Assembly (NCBI RefSeq): GCF_006345805.1
Contig: NC_042997.1
Coordinates: 2,852,001 to 2,916,000 of the forward strand
Length of the DNA: 64,000 bases
Source of the DNA: Octopus sinensis
Lineage: Eukaryota
Direction: 5' to 3'
The notes beneath the pieces were generated by a model. That model was not told the DNA's origin and searched no databases. It was given only the letters and a program-made list of their open reading frames with translations. Position 1 is the stretch's first letter; each line of letters begins with the position of its first letter. Made by a program: the position numbers and the translations under genes. Shown piece after piece: positions 12,511-27,862 of the stretch.

Positions 12511-13167
12511 GAGGATATATTTATATATTACTCCAGAACGCAATGGAAAAGATTATCCAGAATCTAACATCTAATGATAGTTCCATGAAGTCAATATATT
12601 TGTGCTCTCTTAAGTGCATACGCTTGAAGTGTAAAATCATTCAGTTCTCTATCGTATATTCTGTATCACTTTTTGAATAATGAATTCTAACAGATCACAC
12701 ACGCACGCACAATGCTTTCCCATGCACGCATAAAACCTCGCACGAATATGCACATATATGTAATCTCAATGTTAATTAAATCTTGCCTTTGCTTTTTTTA
12801 TTAACCGGTTCTTATTAAATCTATTTAAGGAAACACTTATCATGTTTCGCATTCTAATATCCATTATTGTTTACTTCAACAATATCTCCATGCCATACCA
12901 TTGTTAAATTTCCATTGAGCTAATCCATCGCAGCAAATTAACGTAGGATATTATTTTAAAGATTCAAAACGCGATGGTAACCCTTTAGTATGGCAACTGA
13001 AATACAAGTTACGTGAAAATAACAAATGCACATTTCTACAGGGAACTTAACTTGAATGCTATAATTTGTTTTCTCATGGAAAATGTTTGACAATGAAAGA
13101 TATTTCTGACATTTTAAGAAAAAAGAATCTGGATATTCTGAAATTAAAATTTACTTAGGATAGTGTC

Positions 13168-13369
13168 TTCTAATATCAACCCCACGAGTATAATATTGAT
13201 TTCAATTACGTCGTCTCCAGTTCACCACTGGTAATTTTTCTTTCTCCACACCGAAAGCGCTGAAAATTAAAGTCGACCCGAGTGGGATTTGAAAGAGGAG
13301 TGTAAAGTTCGAAGAAATGCCGCTAAACATTTTACCCAATGCCATAACTATGCTGGCAAGTCGCCGCCT
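13168..13369 (-). mobile_element. SINE (family 'A'), degenerate
   Basis: aaagtcgacc...gatttgaa...ccgctaaacattt...gcaagtcgccgcct aligns with the reverse complement of 9990-10176. Confidence 0.65.
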
Positions 13370-14239
13370 TCCAAATAAAAATAATTTTAGTACTTATTTG
13401 TGGTAAATAATCTCTTAGATATCGACAATTTGGAAGAGTGAACATTTTGAGAATCTTCGCCATCAGTGTTAACTAAAACGTTTCCATTCTTATGATAATG
13501 AAGCTCTGAGAAAAACTCTGAGTACCTAACACAATTGAATAAATACTGTGTAGTGTGGAATATATTTTTTACTATTGATTTTTGTAAAGTCAGTTGTTTC
13601 ATTAGTTTCTTATATAACATATACTTGCATTTTCCATGTTGGATATTTTATTCGTCTGGTAAAATTCGTTATGTTTCCATAAAATATTTTTACGGTATTA
13701 AGGAATACCAACATGTTACATGTCAATGTACTGTCGAGGAATGAAGAAATGTGGCAATAACATAGTTATATGGAAATGTAACTAAACTATTCCAATATAA
13801 AATAATTTGAATGAGCATCAATGGATATCCGAAACAACAGAAGTATGTTCTAAAATAGAGTGAAGTAGGAAATAGTTACACTGTTTCTTTGTCACATTTA
13901 TCACGGGCTTAAAATCTCCCGGCTCTGGTAAAAAATCTGCCGAATTAACATAATTTAACATAAAATTTTTTCTTTTGTAAATACTTGAATGAACTAAAAC
14001 TTAGTTTAAAATGATTATTTGATGTCTTCAATGTTCTAATAACAAGTGTTTGAGTATAGAAATTAAGGAATATGAATAATGTAGCAAGGAACAAAAATGA
14101 CCTTGTGCATTATGCGTTACAGAACATAGCATATGTATACATATATACATACAAACGCATGTATGTATAACGTGTCACAGCATTTGCGTAATATAATGCT
14201 TTATATAATGCAATAACTGCGATTCTAAGTCATGTCAAT

Positions 14240-14740
14240 CTAGTCCACACCTAGCCCACTCCAAGCAAGCCTAGCTATGCCCTCCATTCTTCCGTCTCTT
14301 TTGTCTGCACTGATGCGAATACGACTTTCAGACACATTACATGGTCAATCGCTTTATTCAATGAGTATAAACCCACCCGATTCCAAGCCACTCTCCCCTT
14401 TGTACACCACTTAGACCACACATGTGTAAATTTTCCTGCACCCTATCCATTCCAACTGCATCCCTTTTCTCTCTCTTTCACTCATCCACTCTAAGGTTCT
14501 GCACGCATTCTACCCGATTATGTGAAAACCTATCACTCTCAGCGTCTCTTCTCCCGCTAAACTCATTAAAGCGTGTCCGTAATATGTGCAGCCATCCAAA
14601 GCTTTCACATCTAATACATCTTCCAACACACACTGCACACACTTACGCACACACATGTACGGGCATAAAGGCATTTCACTACATCTTAATATCCTACCTT
14701 TTAATATAACCTCGTCGTCTGGTAAAACCACCCTCACCTG
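14240..14740 (-). mobile_element. Possible RTE-type LINE 3' remnant
   Basis: Weak translation similarity (CVQNLRVDE*KREKR; LKVVFASVQTKETEEWR) to RTE ORF2 C-termini; higher GC than the flanks. Confidence 0.3.
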
Positions 14741-16869
14741 CAAACACACTTCGTACTTACGCACACGCTATACATCCACGTGCACGCATAAAAACACACA
14801 CGCATTTACACAAACACATACACACACCATACGACACATAACTTGTGAATATTGATATTATACACACGAAGCCACGTAGAGACATATACACATTAATTTA
14901 TGAAAGACAAATTAATCCACACACATACGTACGCATTCGCCACATTCGTATAGGAAGATGCCTCTTCTTATACAGGTGTGCACAAAAATAAACGCAGAGT
15001 TACAAACAAAAAAATAACACACAACACACTCATGACCAGGTGCACTGACAATTACACTTCAATATAAGTTACACACATATAAATACATGCTCGCACACAT
15101 TAAAACACATACACGCACACGAAAAACTAACACGCACACTGACACCCGTCACTTTTTTTTTATTTACAACCCTTCTAAAAATGTCCCATTTTTTACCATG
15201 AAATCATTACTATAATCACCTTCATTCAGGTAGTTTTTCGCCGTGATTGCATTAATTTACTTTTTCGTTCTTCTGTCGTTCTGCTCATCTTTCCTCCCCC
15301 ACCGTTCAAGTGAAATCCCTTAAATCATCACATGAAGCACTATAAAAGCTGATTTTTTTTTTATTCCCAGGAGCGTGAAATAACAATTGTTGTTGTGAAC
15401 ATATTTTGGCTTGCTACCTTCCATTTTGCTATACATATATACAATAGTATATTAATAAATATGTAGGATTATATAATTACACACATTCAGTCACGCGTAT
15501 ATATGTGTGTGTATGCATATGTGTATGTGTATATATGCGTATATATATATATATATGAAAGCTATTAACTATAGAAATGGTTCAATACTAAATGCAGATT
15601 ACTAACGTTTCGTGTAAAAGGAAAGTGACAATATTATAGACGTTCCGAAAATTAATGTATCTCAACGAATAAAGTAGCTTCTGTAACTGTCTATACACGA
15701 TTAATAACTGTATGAAAAAAAGAACAAGAATCGCAGGGACACAGGAAATGTGAAAAGAAACTAAAAATGTTGCAGGCCAAGGATTCAGCCAGCTCGTCGC
15801 CTTAGTTGTAGGCTACGATGAGGAGCGAAGCTCGATGTATTGCCAATGTAATGTAAAAGCTATCACATCCTAGTGCGTTATACAAAAAGTCAAATCAACG
15901 ACAGACAAAGAAAAATTATTGTGATCTAAAGGCCAAACGTTGGCGAAGCATATATTTTCAGAAAACTGTATAGCTCCGTAATTCGTAGGGGGCGGATGAT
16001 TAACGTATCAATATGTTTAAAACTCACAATAACCTTCTTAAAAGGATTGGTGTTTGCGCAGAGAACACCTTTTTCTAAGGAAACCATTTTGTTCACAGCC
16101 TTGCTCTGTAGCATGTGACCGGTGTAAATACAATCTAAACAAAATCTAAGCCTCCTATTTCAAAAATGTTTTACGTAGAAGCACACGTACACTAATGCAT
16201 AAATACATACGTACACACTAACATAATGTGTATGTTATTATGTGTGCATATATCTATATATGTGTCTATGTGTGCATGTGTGTGTATGCGTGTATACATT
16301 TACACACATACATGCATTATGCACAACTATATTCTTATAAACTAAGAAACGGATTACTTCTCCAGCCGTTCTGTGATATCAATTTTAATTCGTAATCTAT
16401 ATGATTTTGTAATAGAAAGACAATACAAGTAGAAAATAGATGCCATTTAAACTTACCACTTGATGTATCACTTCTTTGATATAAGAGACATTTATGGTGA
16501 ATTATATCATTTCTTTGCCACAATAAAATAATAGCTCGCAATATAATAAGAAGAAAGTTTCAACGGTTCTTCAAAACGGATAAAAAAAGGGGGGATTAAT
16601 GTCATATAAGCGTGAAACTATAATTAATATCTGCCAACAGAAAGATGATATAATTCATGAAGCTCTAAAAAATGTATTTGCCTTCTTCTATTTATTATAG
16701 CATCATATTGGCATACTGCCTGTCCATACGCACCAATATACTACACACATATTAATACGCACATTCATTCAAGTTTCTTGGTGTAATTATATGTGTATGT
16801 CAATACATGCGTAGTGTTTTACTAAATGTCTATATATGTGCGCGCGTGCGTGTGTTTGTGTGTGTTTGT

Positions 16870-16908
<39 letters not shown>

Positions 16909-17239
16909 TGTGTGACTGCTTGGGCTTCTATTCATCTTTCAACTATAAACATATCAAGAAACTTCTCAAACGTGCGTACGTTTTTGAAAGTAAATAACTA
17001 CAAGAAATCAAAAACGGTTTGAAGAGCCATGTTCCCTTTGAACGATCTACGTTTAATTATGTTTCGTTACTTTAAATAACATTTATATAGGATCATATTC
17101 CTTGATATATCACAGAGCGCTGATGCAGTAATACATTGGTTCAAACCTGTGAAGCTATCATTGAGTCGAGTATCTATGTTATGGCTGTCCTTTAATGAAA
17201 CGCTTGGCTCTGAAACTGCACAAGGATTAAGATTCAGGA

Positions 17240-17397
17240 TGAAACAGGCGAGTCAATTACCCTGCTCAATTGCTACTTATTTTGGCGACCCTGAATAAAT
17301 AAAATACAAACTCAACCTACACGCAGCAGGAAAAGACGTACGAAATAGGCTAAGCATTTTATTCGGCGTGCTAACGATTTTGCCAGTTCCCGCTTCG
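17240..17397 (-). mobile_element. SINE (family 'A'), degenerate
   Basis: acgaaataggctaagcattttattcggcgtgctaacgattttgccag matches the family A head in reverse. Confidence 0.6.
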
Positions 17398-17448
17398 ACG
17401 TTTCGTCTGTAAGCATTTCGTATTTTCCCTATGTTAAAATATTTAGTG

Positions 17449-17655
17449 TGGAAGCGTGTGGCTTAATTGTTAGGGTGTCGGACTTACGATTGTGGTTTCC
17501 AATCCTCGACACTGCGTTACGTAGTATTCTTCAGCAAAACACTTCATTTCACGTCGTTCCAGCCCTCTAAACTAGCAAACGTGAATATACATGCGACGGA
17601 TCGCCACGAAAACCTGGACACAGGACCGATGAGCCTGTTTGACTCTAGAAGAATT
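17449..17655 (+). mobile_element. tRNA-type SINE (family 'D')
   Basis: A-box-like gtggcttaattgttaggg, B-box-like ggtttccaatcc, then cagcaaaacacttcatttcacgt (CORE-like central segment). Confidence 0.55.
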
Positions 17656-17968
17656 TAATACTTTTTCATTTAAATACGTACTATGTTATTTTTTTGGATT
17701 AGAAAGAAGGATATATTTGGAAGATATTTTGGTAGTTAATAGGAACTCTAACAAATGCATTAGAATTCCAACCTTAATTATAGTATGTAGCATTTTTGTG
17801 TAAGGATTTAGATGCTATGTCACAACTCTACAATAATTAATACAGATTTTCCATGCATTTACAATGTAGTGAGACTATGATTCAAGGTGGTGTATTCATA
17901 AATTCTTTATGATATGCAATTTACAATATTTCATATGTTTTCATATACATGCATATATACATACATAC

Positions 17969-18004
<36 letters not shown>

Positions 18005-18100
18005 GCATGGGGGTGTATGTATGTATCTATAGTATAGTAAAATATAGTATACTGCACTGTGAATTTAAGACAAACAAAAATCTACAGAATCTGCTGATAT

Positions 18101-18102
<2 letters not shown>

Positions 18103-18192
<90 letters not shown>
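18103..18192. repeat. (GA)n(GT)n compound microsatellite
   Basis: Direct inspection. Confidence 0.95.
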
Positions 18193-18193
<1 letters not shown>

Positions 18194-18689
18194 TATTTTC
18201 CAATTTACCAACAAGAACCTATGTATATATATTCAGCCGCTGAAAATTTCTGATGTGAAATTCACCACTACCGTGGAGTTCGATCTGAAATGAATCTGCC
18301 AAGTTCCAACTAAATATATCTTGCATTCTTGATCCATTAATAGTGGCATAAATCTTATATGTAATTTGGTCTTGATTTATGCGATGGGCCGTTAGATTTC
18401 AACCAGTTAATGGGGTTGTCTTGCATGTCTGTATCGTAACCAATATACGGGCAAACATCAGGATGTGACCACATGAAATGGGCTTCGCCAAAAACTAACT
18501 TAGATTAAGTTATCTCACGACATCACACCTATCTACCTACCTATCTATCTTTGATCGATTGATCTTCCTACATACAGGCCTATCTAATTACCTACCTACC
18601 TATATGTATATATATATATATATATATGTTTGTATGTATGAAGAGAGAGAAATATTGACAGTATACAACCATTCTATATATATATATAG

Positions 18690-18731
<42 letters not shown>

Positions 18732-18801
18732 GGCGATGCAAAGAGAGGGAGAAAGATAGAGAAAAGAAAGAAAGTGAGAATGAAAAGTATATATATATAT
18801 A

Positions 18802-18871
<70 letters not shown>

Positions 18872-19310
18872 GTATATATATATATATATATATATACATA
18901 CACACACACGTGCATTTATGCACGTGTTTTTGTGTTCATATTTCGATATTTATATAATTATCAGTTTCTTTGTGTCTCCTATTATCTGTCAATAGATAAC
19001 TGTGATGATATACGTAATATAATCCGAACTTCCCTCCCCTTCCTATTGTTCTACTCATTTCATTCCACTATAGCTGAACTGCATATCTTCTCTCTCCCTT
19101 CGTTTTCGAAGGACTTCTACTTTCTCTCATGCCCAATGTCTAGTTGCACTGGATAACCTTATGATGTCATATTTTAGCATTAATCCACTCTTAATCTGTA
19201 CACTTCTAGCAGTATCTATAACTGTTATACGTTTTGTCTTTCTTTTCCTGTATAGGTGTCTGTATATTCTATATAGGTATGTATGTAAGTATTTATGTAT
19301 GTACATATAT

Positions 19311-19404
<94 letters not shown>

Positions 19405-19574
19405 TTAACTAATTGTTTTCTTATCTTATATGCATTGAATAATATATTATAGGTATGTATTTTATCATGGTAGTCGATTTGATAAATAAATTAGTCAACA
19501 TTTCAATATCCTAAAGTTGATGAACCAACGTAAAGTTGGTGTGCTTCTCCATTTTCGCATTTTATATATATATA

Positions 19575-19670
19575 TATAGCGAGAATTCACAAAAAGAAAA
19601 CAAAAAGAGAGCCTATGCTCTCTCTTCCACAGAAAAGAACAAAGAGAGAACGAGTAAGAGAAAATTTGAT
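19575..19670 (-). mobile_element. Short (TA)n-bounded element with hammerhead relic (GAAA half deleted)
   Basis: Minus strand ttctgtggaagagagagcataggctc followed directly by tctttttgttttc; related to the element at 37735-37900. Confidence 0.45.
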
Positions 19671-19818
19671 ATATACATGCATATATATATATATATGTTT
19701 GTACACAAACAAACGCGCCCACACACATATATGTGAAATTAAGCACACATTTAATTATACATTCGCAAAACGCTGGTAGGAGAGACGCACTGGAAACTGA
19801 GCTAGAAAGCGGATGCCC

Positions 19819-19849
<31 letters not shown>

Positions 19850-19850
19850 A

Positions 19851-19951
<101 letters not shown>

Positions 19952-20164
19952 GGAGAGATTGATTCAGTGCATGCATACATATATACAAACATACATTTAT
20001 TTACACATAAATGCTTGCCTAAATACATACACACATGCGTTGAAATATACAATTATGAGAAACAAACATAAACGCACACATACAAACGTCCTCACACATA
20101 TATGCGGGAATGCAGATCGTAATGACCTATGCATGTTTTTGCAAAGCATTATGGCAAATAATCT

Positions 20165-20250
20165 TTTATACTCTAGGCACATGACCCGAAATTTCTGGAG
20201 AGGGGGCCAGTGGATTAGAGTGTCTCCAGTACACAGCTAATACTTAATTT
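20165..20250 (-). mobile_element. SINE family 'A' 3' fragment
   Basis: actctaggcacatgacccgaaattt...tacttaattt resembles the reverse complement of the 10120-10176 tail. Confidence 0.5.
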
Positions 20251-20479
20251 GAGGTCTAAACTCATGAGACTGTGACATTATGCGTTTTAGCGATTGAGAA
20301 CGCTTTGGGATTGAATTTTATTTTTTTAATGATCCACTTTTATTCAACGTTACTTTGACTGTCGACGATAGCCTTCATGTAGTTTCGAAGATAATGTTTC
20401 TTTCATACCAGTAAAGCTAAATCCGTTAAGTGCTGTGGTAATAGATGGCAATATTTTATCCGGTTGACTTTTCGATTTA

Positions 20480-21400
20480 TCCTTCTTTCATTTTTAATTT
20501 ACGGTGCTCTTCTATTACGTGGATACCTGTGATTTGTTTTGCCCATGGACTCTAATGGAGTGTGATGTGATCATGTATTTCGAGAGTGTCGACAAATAGC
20601 TACAATGACGTGTTTAAGCTACTTGGGATGAGAATGGGAGTGAAAGACGAATCAACGCGTAAATAATCGTGGGTGAATGTGTCCCAGTTAGCATTGTGTA
20701 GCTGCATGAGATCACAAATGTGTGCTGGAGCGAGATCGTTAGGAGAAATTCAAGTTGTACATCATTAGATCTTATCAGATTGGCATTGTTTAGTGAAATA
20801 CTTTACTATCGTCTGACATTCTTTGAAACAGTGTAGTGGCTCATGAAGTGGTCTGTAGAGACCATTTATTGTTAACTCATTATTTTTTTTATGCACAGAC
20901 ACTGACTCACAACAACAATTGGAGGATGACGCACTTTCGTTTGTGATAAATGAATCGTATAGAAAAATAGTATCACTTTCATTTCCTCCAAAGGTACGAT
21001 CTTTTACTTCAGCTGTGAAGGTGAGTGTATGTAAGAACAAAGAAAAAAACTTGATGAGGGTGGTCGGTGACCCACACTTCAATGAACTGGACAGTACTTT
21101 TTTTTTTAATTGAAGGATGGTCTGATGTCTTGCGTACTCAGCAAAAATGATGAGACAGGAGTAGTGCTTCTAAGAGACTAATGGTTTATTTGCAGTGATG
21201 AGGACAGTTTCTGCATTAGGGAAGTGCCGTTAGAGCTCAGAGAGTTCATTGGATATCTTTTCCTAAGTTCTGATTACTCAAAAAACAATTTACTAGGTTA
21301 TGGAGAATTTGTTGGCAGAAGTTGTGGTTATGCTGATAATTCTGTCAGTGTTGGGAATAGCGGAAGATTTTAGTTGTTGGTGCTGTTGTAGCAGGCTGAA
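20480..21400 (-). mobile_element. CR1/L2-like LINE remnant (APE endonuclease and linker), same family as 1-1668
   Basis: ORF 20765-21082 KDRTFGG...IFLYDS...CESVSVH...INGLYRPL is APE-like. The downstream frame NDLAPAHICDLMQLHNANWDTFTHDYLRVDSSF aligns with SDLSPAHLFDNMNVYDADWDTITYEYAYVDWSF of ORF 1415-1681. Confidence 0.75.
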
Positions 21401-23814
21401 GTTGCTTTTATAGATTTTCCCTAGTAAACGATTGAAATTGAAGTCACGGTATATGCGTAGCATCGCGCGTAAATAATAGTGGCATATTTATTTGTAGAAT
21501 CGTGGGATCTTTTCCTTTTGATGGACGGAATTTCTAGTTAACTAAACAGTTTGAAACTTCGTATACAGATAGAATGTGTGAAAAGAAAACTTACTTTCAC
21601 TTGGATTTTTTGAGAAAATTGTAATTTGTAAATTTAACGTAGTTTAATTCTTCGAATTTTAAACAATGAATTGCCAACATTTGAGCTCAAATCATTTCGC
21701 ATTTTGAGAATGAATGACCCATGCGTTAACGAAAATACCGATTTCACTGCCAGATCAAGTTGCAGTTATTTTGGACTTGTGTCGCCATTGTGATGTTTCT
21801 AAACTTTTCTAGTTTTGATGATGCTGCTGTGGACTACTCCTCATTCTTTATCAGCTGGGACTTATAATGTTGGATTCCCAATCGAAATTGACAAAGATTT
21901 GTTGAATTTGCTTAGTTTGGGCAACACAAAATAGAAAAAAAAATATTGGTAATGACTGCAACTAAAATACGCAACTTATGAAAAAGTATTTGCCGGAGTT
22001 GTCTGGGAACAAACAAGAATATTCGCGCATTTCACAATATAGGGAAGTGTGTTATATGACTGTATAAGTTTCTTTCTTTATAGAAATATTCTGTACTTGC
22101 AAATATATTTCGAAATTGTATTTTGTGCTTACGGTCCAACATAAACTAAAATTTAGTGAATTATGGGATGAAAAATAATATACATCTATATCTAGGTTTT
22201 TTCAATAAACACAGACACAAACATACACTCACAAACACACACGTACATACAAACATAAACACATATGCATATATACATACATACAATCACCCACACAAAA
22301 ACACAAACACACATATGCACACACACACGCATATAAACCGTATTTTCTTAAGCAGCTTTAGAAAACATGTTTGTACATATGAGTGTGTATGAGTGCGTGT
22401 GTGTTCGCACGTGTGTGTGTATGAGTACGGGTAGGCATTTAGTCTTTCTTAGATGCTATTGAGATTCGCACATACATATGCATACATATGCTTTAAATAA
22501 ATATTTTACAAATTGTTTATATCTATAATTCCACGCACATTTTCTCACGCAAACACATCTGTGAGAGATAAAATATATTTCTGTTTGAGTTAATTTAATT
22601 GACACTATATTTACATTCTAGTGTTGCAGATAATTTATTACATGCAATATTGTTGAAGGATTATCAGATTCCATAAGGGAAAATTTGAGCATTTCCAGAT
22701 AAACATCAGTTATCATTAATTATAGCTGAAGTGTCCTACATACACACGCAAACACAGTCACATACACAGACACACATACACACAGGAACCCTGACATACA
22801 CATACAACCACGCACACACACAAGCACAAACATAGGCCCACACGCACATGATGCGTATGAGTGTAAGCAAGTGTACGATGCATAGAAACGTGATGACATT
22901 TTAAAATTAGTAATTAAATAATTTTATGAATGCAGTTAAATTGATTATAATGGCTGATGTATTTATACATTGTACATGTTTACCTAAACGTAAGTGGGAG
23001 AGTGAGAAGATCTATCCTTTGACATCTGAAACAACATTACTACTAGAATATATAAATATATATAGGTTTCAAATTTTTTACATTCGTACCTGCAGGGAAA
23101 AGCATAAAAGATTGAGGTAAAATACGAAAACATTTTCCCTTGTGGAAGTGTGCTACGTTAGAAATCTTTATTAATTGTTATATTTTAACCAACAAAAGAG
23201 GTTAAAATCAAAGCGGGTTTTGCACGGCATATCTGTTTCCTCACTATCAATCAAGGTGCAAAAGAAGACTTTCGATTGAAGTTGAAACTGAGGATTGACT
23301 CCTCTGGTAAACATGCCAGAGCGCACGCTAATCACGTACTGTCACAGAAGATTCACACAAGTATCTTCTATACAAATACCTTTGTGCTTCTCTGTGTGTG
23401 TATGTATGCTTATACAGATATCTATAATTCTTTACTAGTTGTTATGTTTAATATGAATAAAATTATTTAGCGTCTAAATTAATGTCCGTCATTTCTAGGA
23501 AACATTTCGTACTTATCTTATAGAATGTGATACTGTCTCGCACATTTCTTTGTGCATTGCAGAATACTTGAATTCGTATATTACCAATAAGATGGCTAAC
23601 AAACGTTTACAAGCTATTCTCTTATAAATAAACCCTATATATTGAAATGTGAATCCAATTAAAATTTACATAATTATCGTTTAGAATGTCTTCTTTCTAT
23701 GCGTGTGTGTGTGTTTTCTATATTTCTTTAGAGATGTGTGTATAGGTATGTATGTATATAAATATCTGTACATACACATTCATATACACAAATGTATATA
23801 TGTAACATATATAT

Positions 23815-23899
<85 letters not shown>

Positions 23900-26672
23900 T
23901 ATATACATATATGTGTGTGTGTGTGTGTGAAAAGTTTCGGAGATCTTTAGTGCTTCACTTACAGTTTCTAATTGTAATGTGCAAGTGAATTGGTTCATTT
24001 CGTTTTTCTTATTCATATTGTCATGTATGTATGTATGTATATGTATCTGACCGATAATTTCATTTCAATGATGATTTGTGTAAACATAAAACCAATATCT
24101 ACTCGGAATTTGCAGTATTATTTTCCTAAAAATATAGAGTAAAGTATGTATCAAAAAGTAAAACAAATTATCATACTAGTAATTTGGGTTTATAATACAG
24201 TTCAGTTTACATTCCAGATTGCCAATTTCAAAAATATGTTGTATGCGAATATTATGTGTATTTAACAATAAATAAATAAACAAAACAAATAAATAAACAA
24301 TCAAATATATAAAGAAATAAACGTTGCCTTTTATTACAGAGTTGAGGACATCAACATATTTATTGGCGTTTTATTGTAATTTTTACTTGTGATACACGAA
24401 TGTTATTGAATTGATTCACATACACGCACAAGCTTCGAATTCCTGGGATTGATATTTTTAAAAAAGAGAAGTTATATTTTAAGTAGAAGCCATTCTCTTT
24501 ATAAATTCCATCATGTTTTTGAGCGTAATACAAATTTGAAATTATATAATAAAAACAGAAAACACTTTAAAATATCATGATTCTTGAATATTCATGGAAA
24601 CATTGGTTCTGAGGAATAAGCTGATCAGTCTTAACTGCTTATATTTAAAAAAAAAATATTATATTATTTACACAATGTGCATTCGTTTTTCATTATCTAA
24701 TTTACTATTTATATGTCTCCCGTTATATATATATATATTTCAATGTCTCATACACTCACTATAAGCATACACATACTCCGCGTACATAGTAAGGTGAAAA
24801 AATCAATCAGAATTTTATTTCTCACCATAAATACAAAAGGCCATAGTTCTAAAAAAATATATTTACTTTCCTGATACAAATGGTTTACATTTCCCGGAAA
24901 CACTGTGTGTAATAGTGAAATATATTGATCTATTGAATTTCAGATCGATTTTCGTCATATGATTATTTTCTCTTCTTATCGGAGCTTGTTTACAAATTAT
25001 ATCAATGCATATTTGGGAAAAGAGGAATGATACAATCTGTATATGACTAAAAGTCACATTCAATGTTTTAGTGCTTTTAAAATCATCACTCCATCTTGTC
25101 CGCCATATAAAATCCATACTCGATGTATTCATATATATATATATATAATATGTGTCTTAACACATTTACATGGATATGCATATATTACAGTGTATATTCT
25201 CACATAAAATATACGTCACATACATGCATACAGAAATATGCCATATAGAGAACATAATTATATGCACATACGTTAAGAATAAAATGATAAAATGAGCGTG
25301 ATCCACAGCCTCTGTCGCTTTTTCATCTGGTGCAATTAATATGGATAATAGTTAATTTTTTTTGTCCACATGTACGGAAAAATTATGATATCAGTAAACT
25401 TCTAGAGGCTAGCTGCTCCAAAATGCAACGCATGTGCAAATGTTTATGCGATGATTTCGCATTACATGTGAAAGGAGTATGAAAAACATGAGGTTATGTG
25501 CGTGTTATATTGAAGGATATGGATTGATTGAGGTTACGTGCGTGTCGTATTGAATGACATGGATAGATATGAAATTTTTGTATTAACAGTAGAGTTATTT
25601 TTGCAATAGCGATAATAGCAGTAAGTAAATAATTGCCGATAGTGTAAGTCATTGGATAGTTAACGCGATTTACTCTTACCAATGAAACAGCATAATATTA
25701 TTTCACTTTGATAGGGATGTGTATGTAATAGAATTCGTACAAATTTTGATGACTGTTGTGTCAATCGGCATTGGATTGGACTACAACATCTGATTAAGTC
25801 ATTTTGTCAGTGATAATGACAAATCTAATGTAAGGAAATAAGAGGCACTTTGCAACTTTGAAATTTAATTTCAATATGTTAGGTATTCATCCGGAATTCA
25901 TCCAAACCTCATCGTGCTTTCTGCTTTGTAATCCCAAAGATTACAAGTGGAGGTTTAAGTGGAGGTATTATAAAAGTGTCATCAATAAAATCTCGTTTTG
26001 ATCTGAATTTGGGAGCAAATCAGTTTACGATTGTGATGACTTTTAGAAAGAATTTTGATTGTTTCAATAATTTTCAAATAAGATCATCCAGTAATAGCAA
26101 TGAAATTATTTCTTTCTGTTTAAGAATTGAATGGCTTTGAAAAATATAGATAAGAAAAGGAATCCGAGTATTTCACAAATTTACATTTGCCTTTGTGCTG
26201 TAAGCAGACATTATACTTATATACTTAAACAGTATAGATATAAAAAAAAAACTCGTCTGATATAAGGGATTTACGTGTTTGAGCCGTGCAGTAGTAAGGC
26301 GTACAGAAAAAAATAAAGTATCGATGCATTCAGATTTATATGAGAACTTACTGAACAAATGGTTCTATGTGCAAACTACAATAAAACTGTACGCTATACT
26401 TTGGGGTGGACCATCATGAAAAGTTCATCACATGTAGTATAAGTTCATCATCATCGAATACATGGAAATGCTATACACAAATACACTTACAATGACATAC
26501 TTGTACGCAAACTATTATTCGTTTTTTAGTAATATATTCTACCTAAAATATATAAAATATTATTTTTATGTATACATACATAGAATCATGCACATATTTA
26601 CGAGCATGTAAATATATGTATGTGTGTGTGTATGATCCTGTATTTATGCATGTATATATATATATATATATA

Positions 26673-26689
<17 letters not shown>

Positions 26690-26703
<14 letters not shown>

Positions 26704-26772
26704 GTTGGGTTTGTGTGTGCGTGTGTGCGCGCAAGGACGTGCATATATATATATATATATATAATATATATA

Positions 26773-26820
<48 letters not shown>

Positions 26821-27613
26821 TTACATACATACACACATACACACATATATACATACATACATACATATACCGAGAAAGAAGTCGTCAGATTTTTGGAAAA
26901 AAATCATTTCTTCATTATTTCGTTCGTTTCTCGAACTTGTCAAATAAAATTTTGTAAATGTATAAACAGCTTGTTCATTTATATCAAACAGATGTTTTGC
27001 GGAGAGTTTTGTTTAGAAGAGAACACTGGTTTTGTTTCCTTGGGGTGAGTTTCCATGACAATGGAGATAGATAAATAGAAATATAGGTAGGTAGATAGGC
27101 TGTCAGATAGATAAATAGATATATAGCTGGAGAGAAGGGGCGAGAGAAGGTAGACTCCCCTTCCTATTCACCATTCATTTATTTATTTAGTCATTTACAA
27201 TTGTATTGGAATGCATTTAAGGATGGTGACCTTTTCAATAACAAAAACACGTGTGGTTATTTTACTTTCTTTCTCTCTTCCCCTCTTTTCCTCTTAATTT
27301 CTTATCGTCTCTTTCCTTCTTTTTCTCTTTCTTTTTCTTCACTTTGAGTTATATGTAAGATACAAAATATGCTGTTTCCTCTTTTTGCCGATATTCTTTT
27401 TGTCTTCCATTCTTTGAACTTTTCTATATTTCTAGTGAAGAGCTCCGCTCGAAATGTGAAAACCTTTCTTTTCTTTCCTTTCCTGAGCGTCCAATAACAC
27501 AATACCTGTATCACATCATCGCGTTGTTCTTTTGATTTTTGCTTGTTCTTCTTTGGATTGACTATATATATATACGCAAAAGTAGAACACATAGCAATGC
27601 TACACACACACAC

Positions 27614-27657
<44 letters not shown>

Positions 27658-27705
27658 GCAAAAGTAGAACACATAACAATGCTACACACACACACACGTG
27701 TATAT

Positions 27706-27750
<45 letters not shown>

Positions 27751-27785
27751 GTTGGGTTTGTGTGTGCGTGTGTGCGCGCAAGGAC

Positions 27786-27830
<45 letters not shown>

Positions 27831-27831
27831 A

Positions 27832-27862
<31 letters not shown>

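Noticed and set aside
25803-25823. tttgtca-gtgataa-tgacaaa hairpin resembling a deleted G3-C8 hammerhead
   Set aside because: Only a 7-bp AT-rich stem; flanks do not clearly match the 8.6-kb family.
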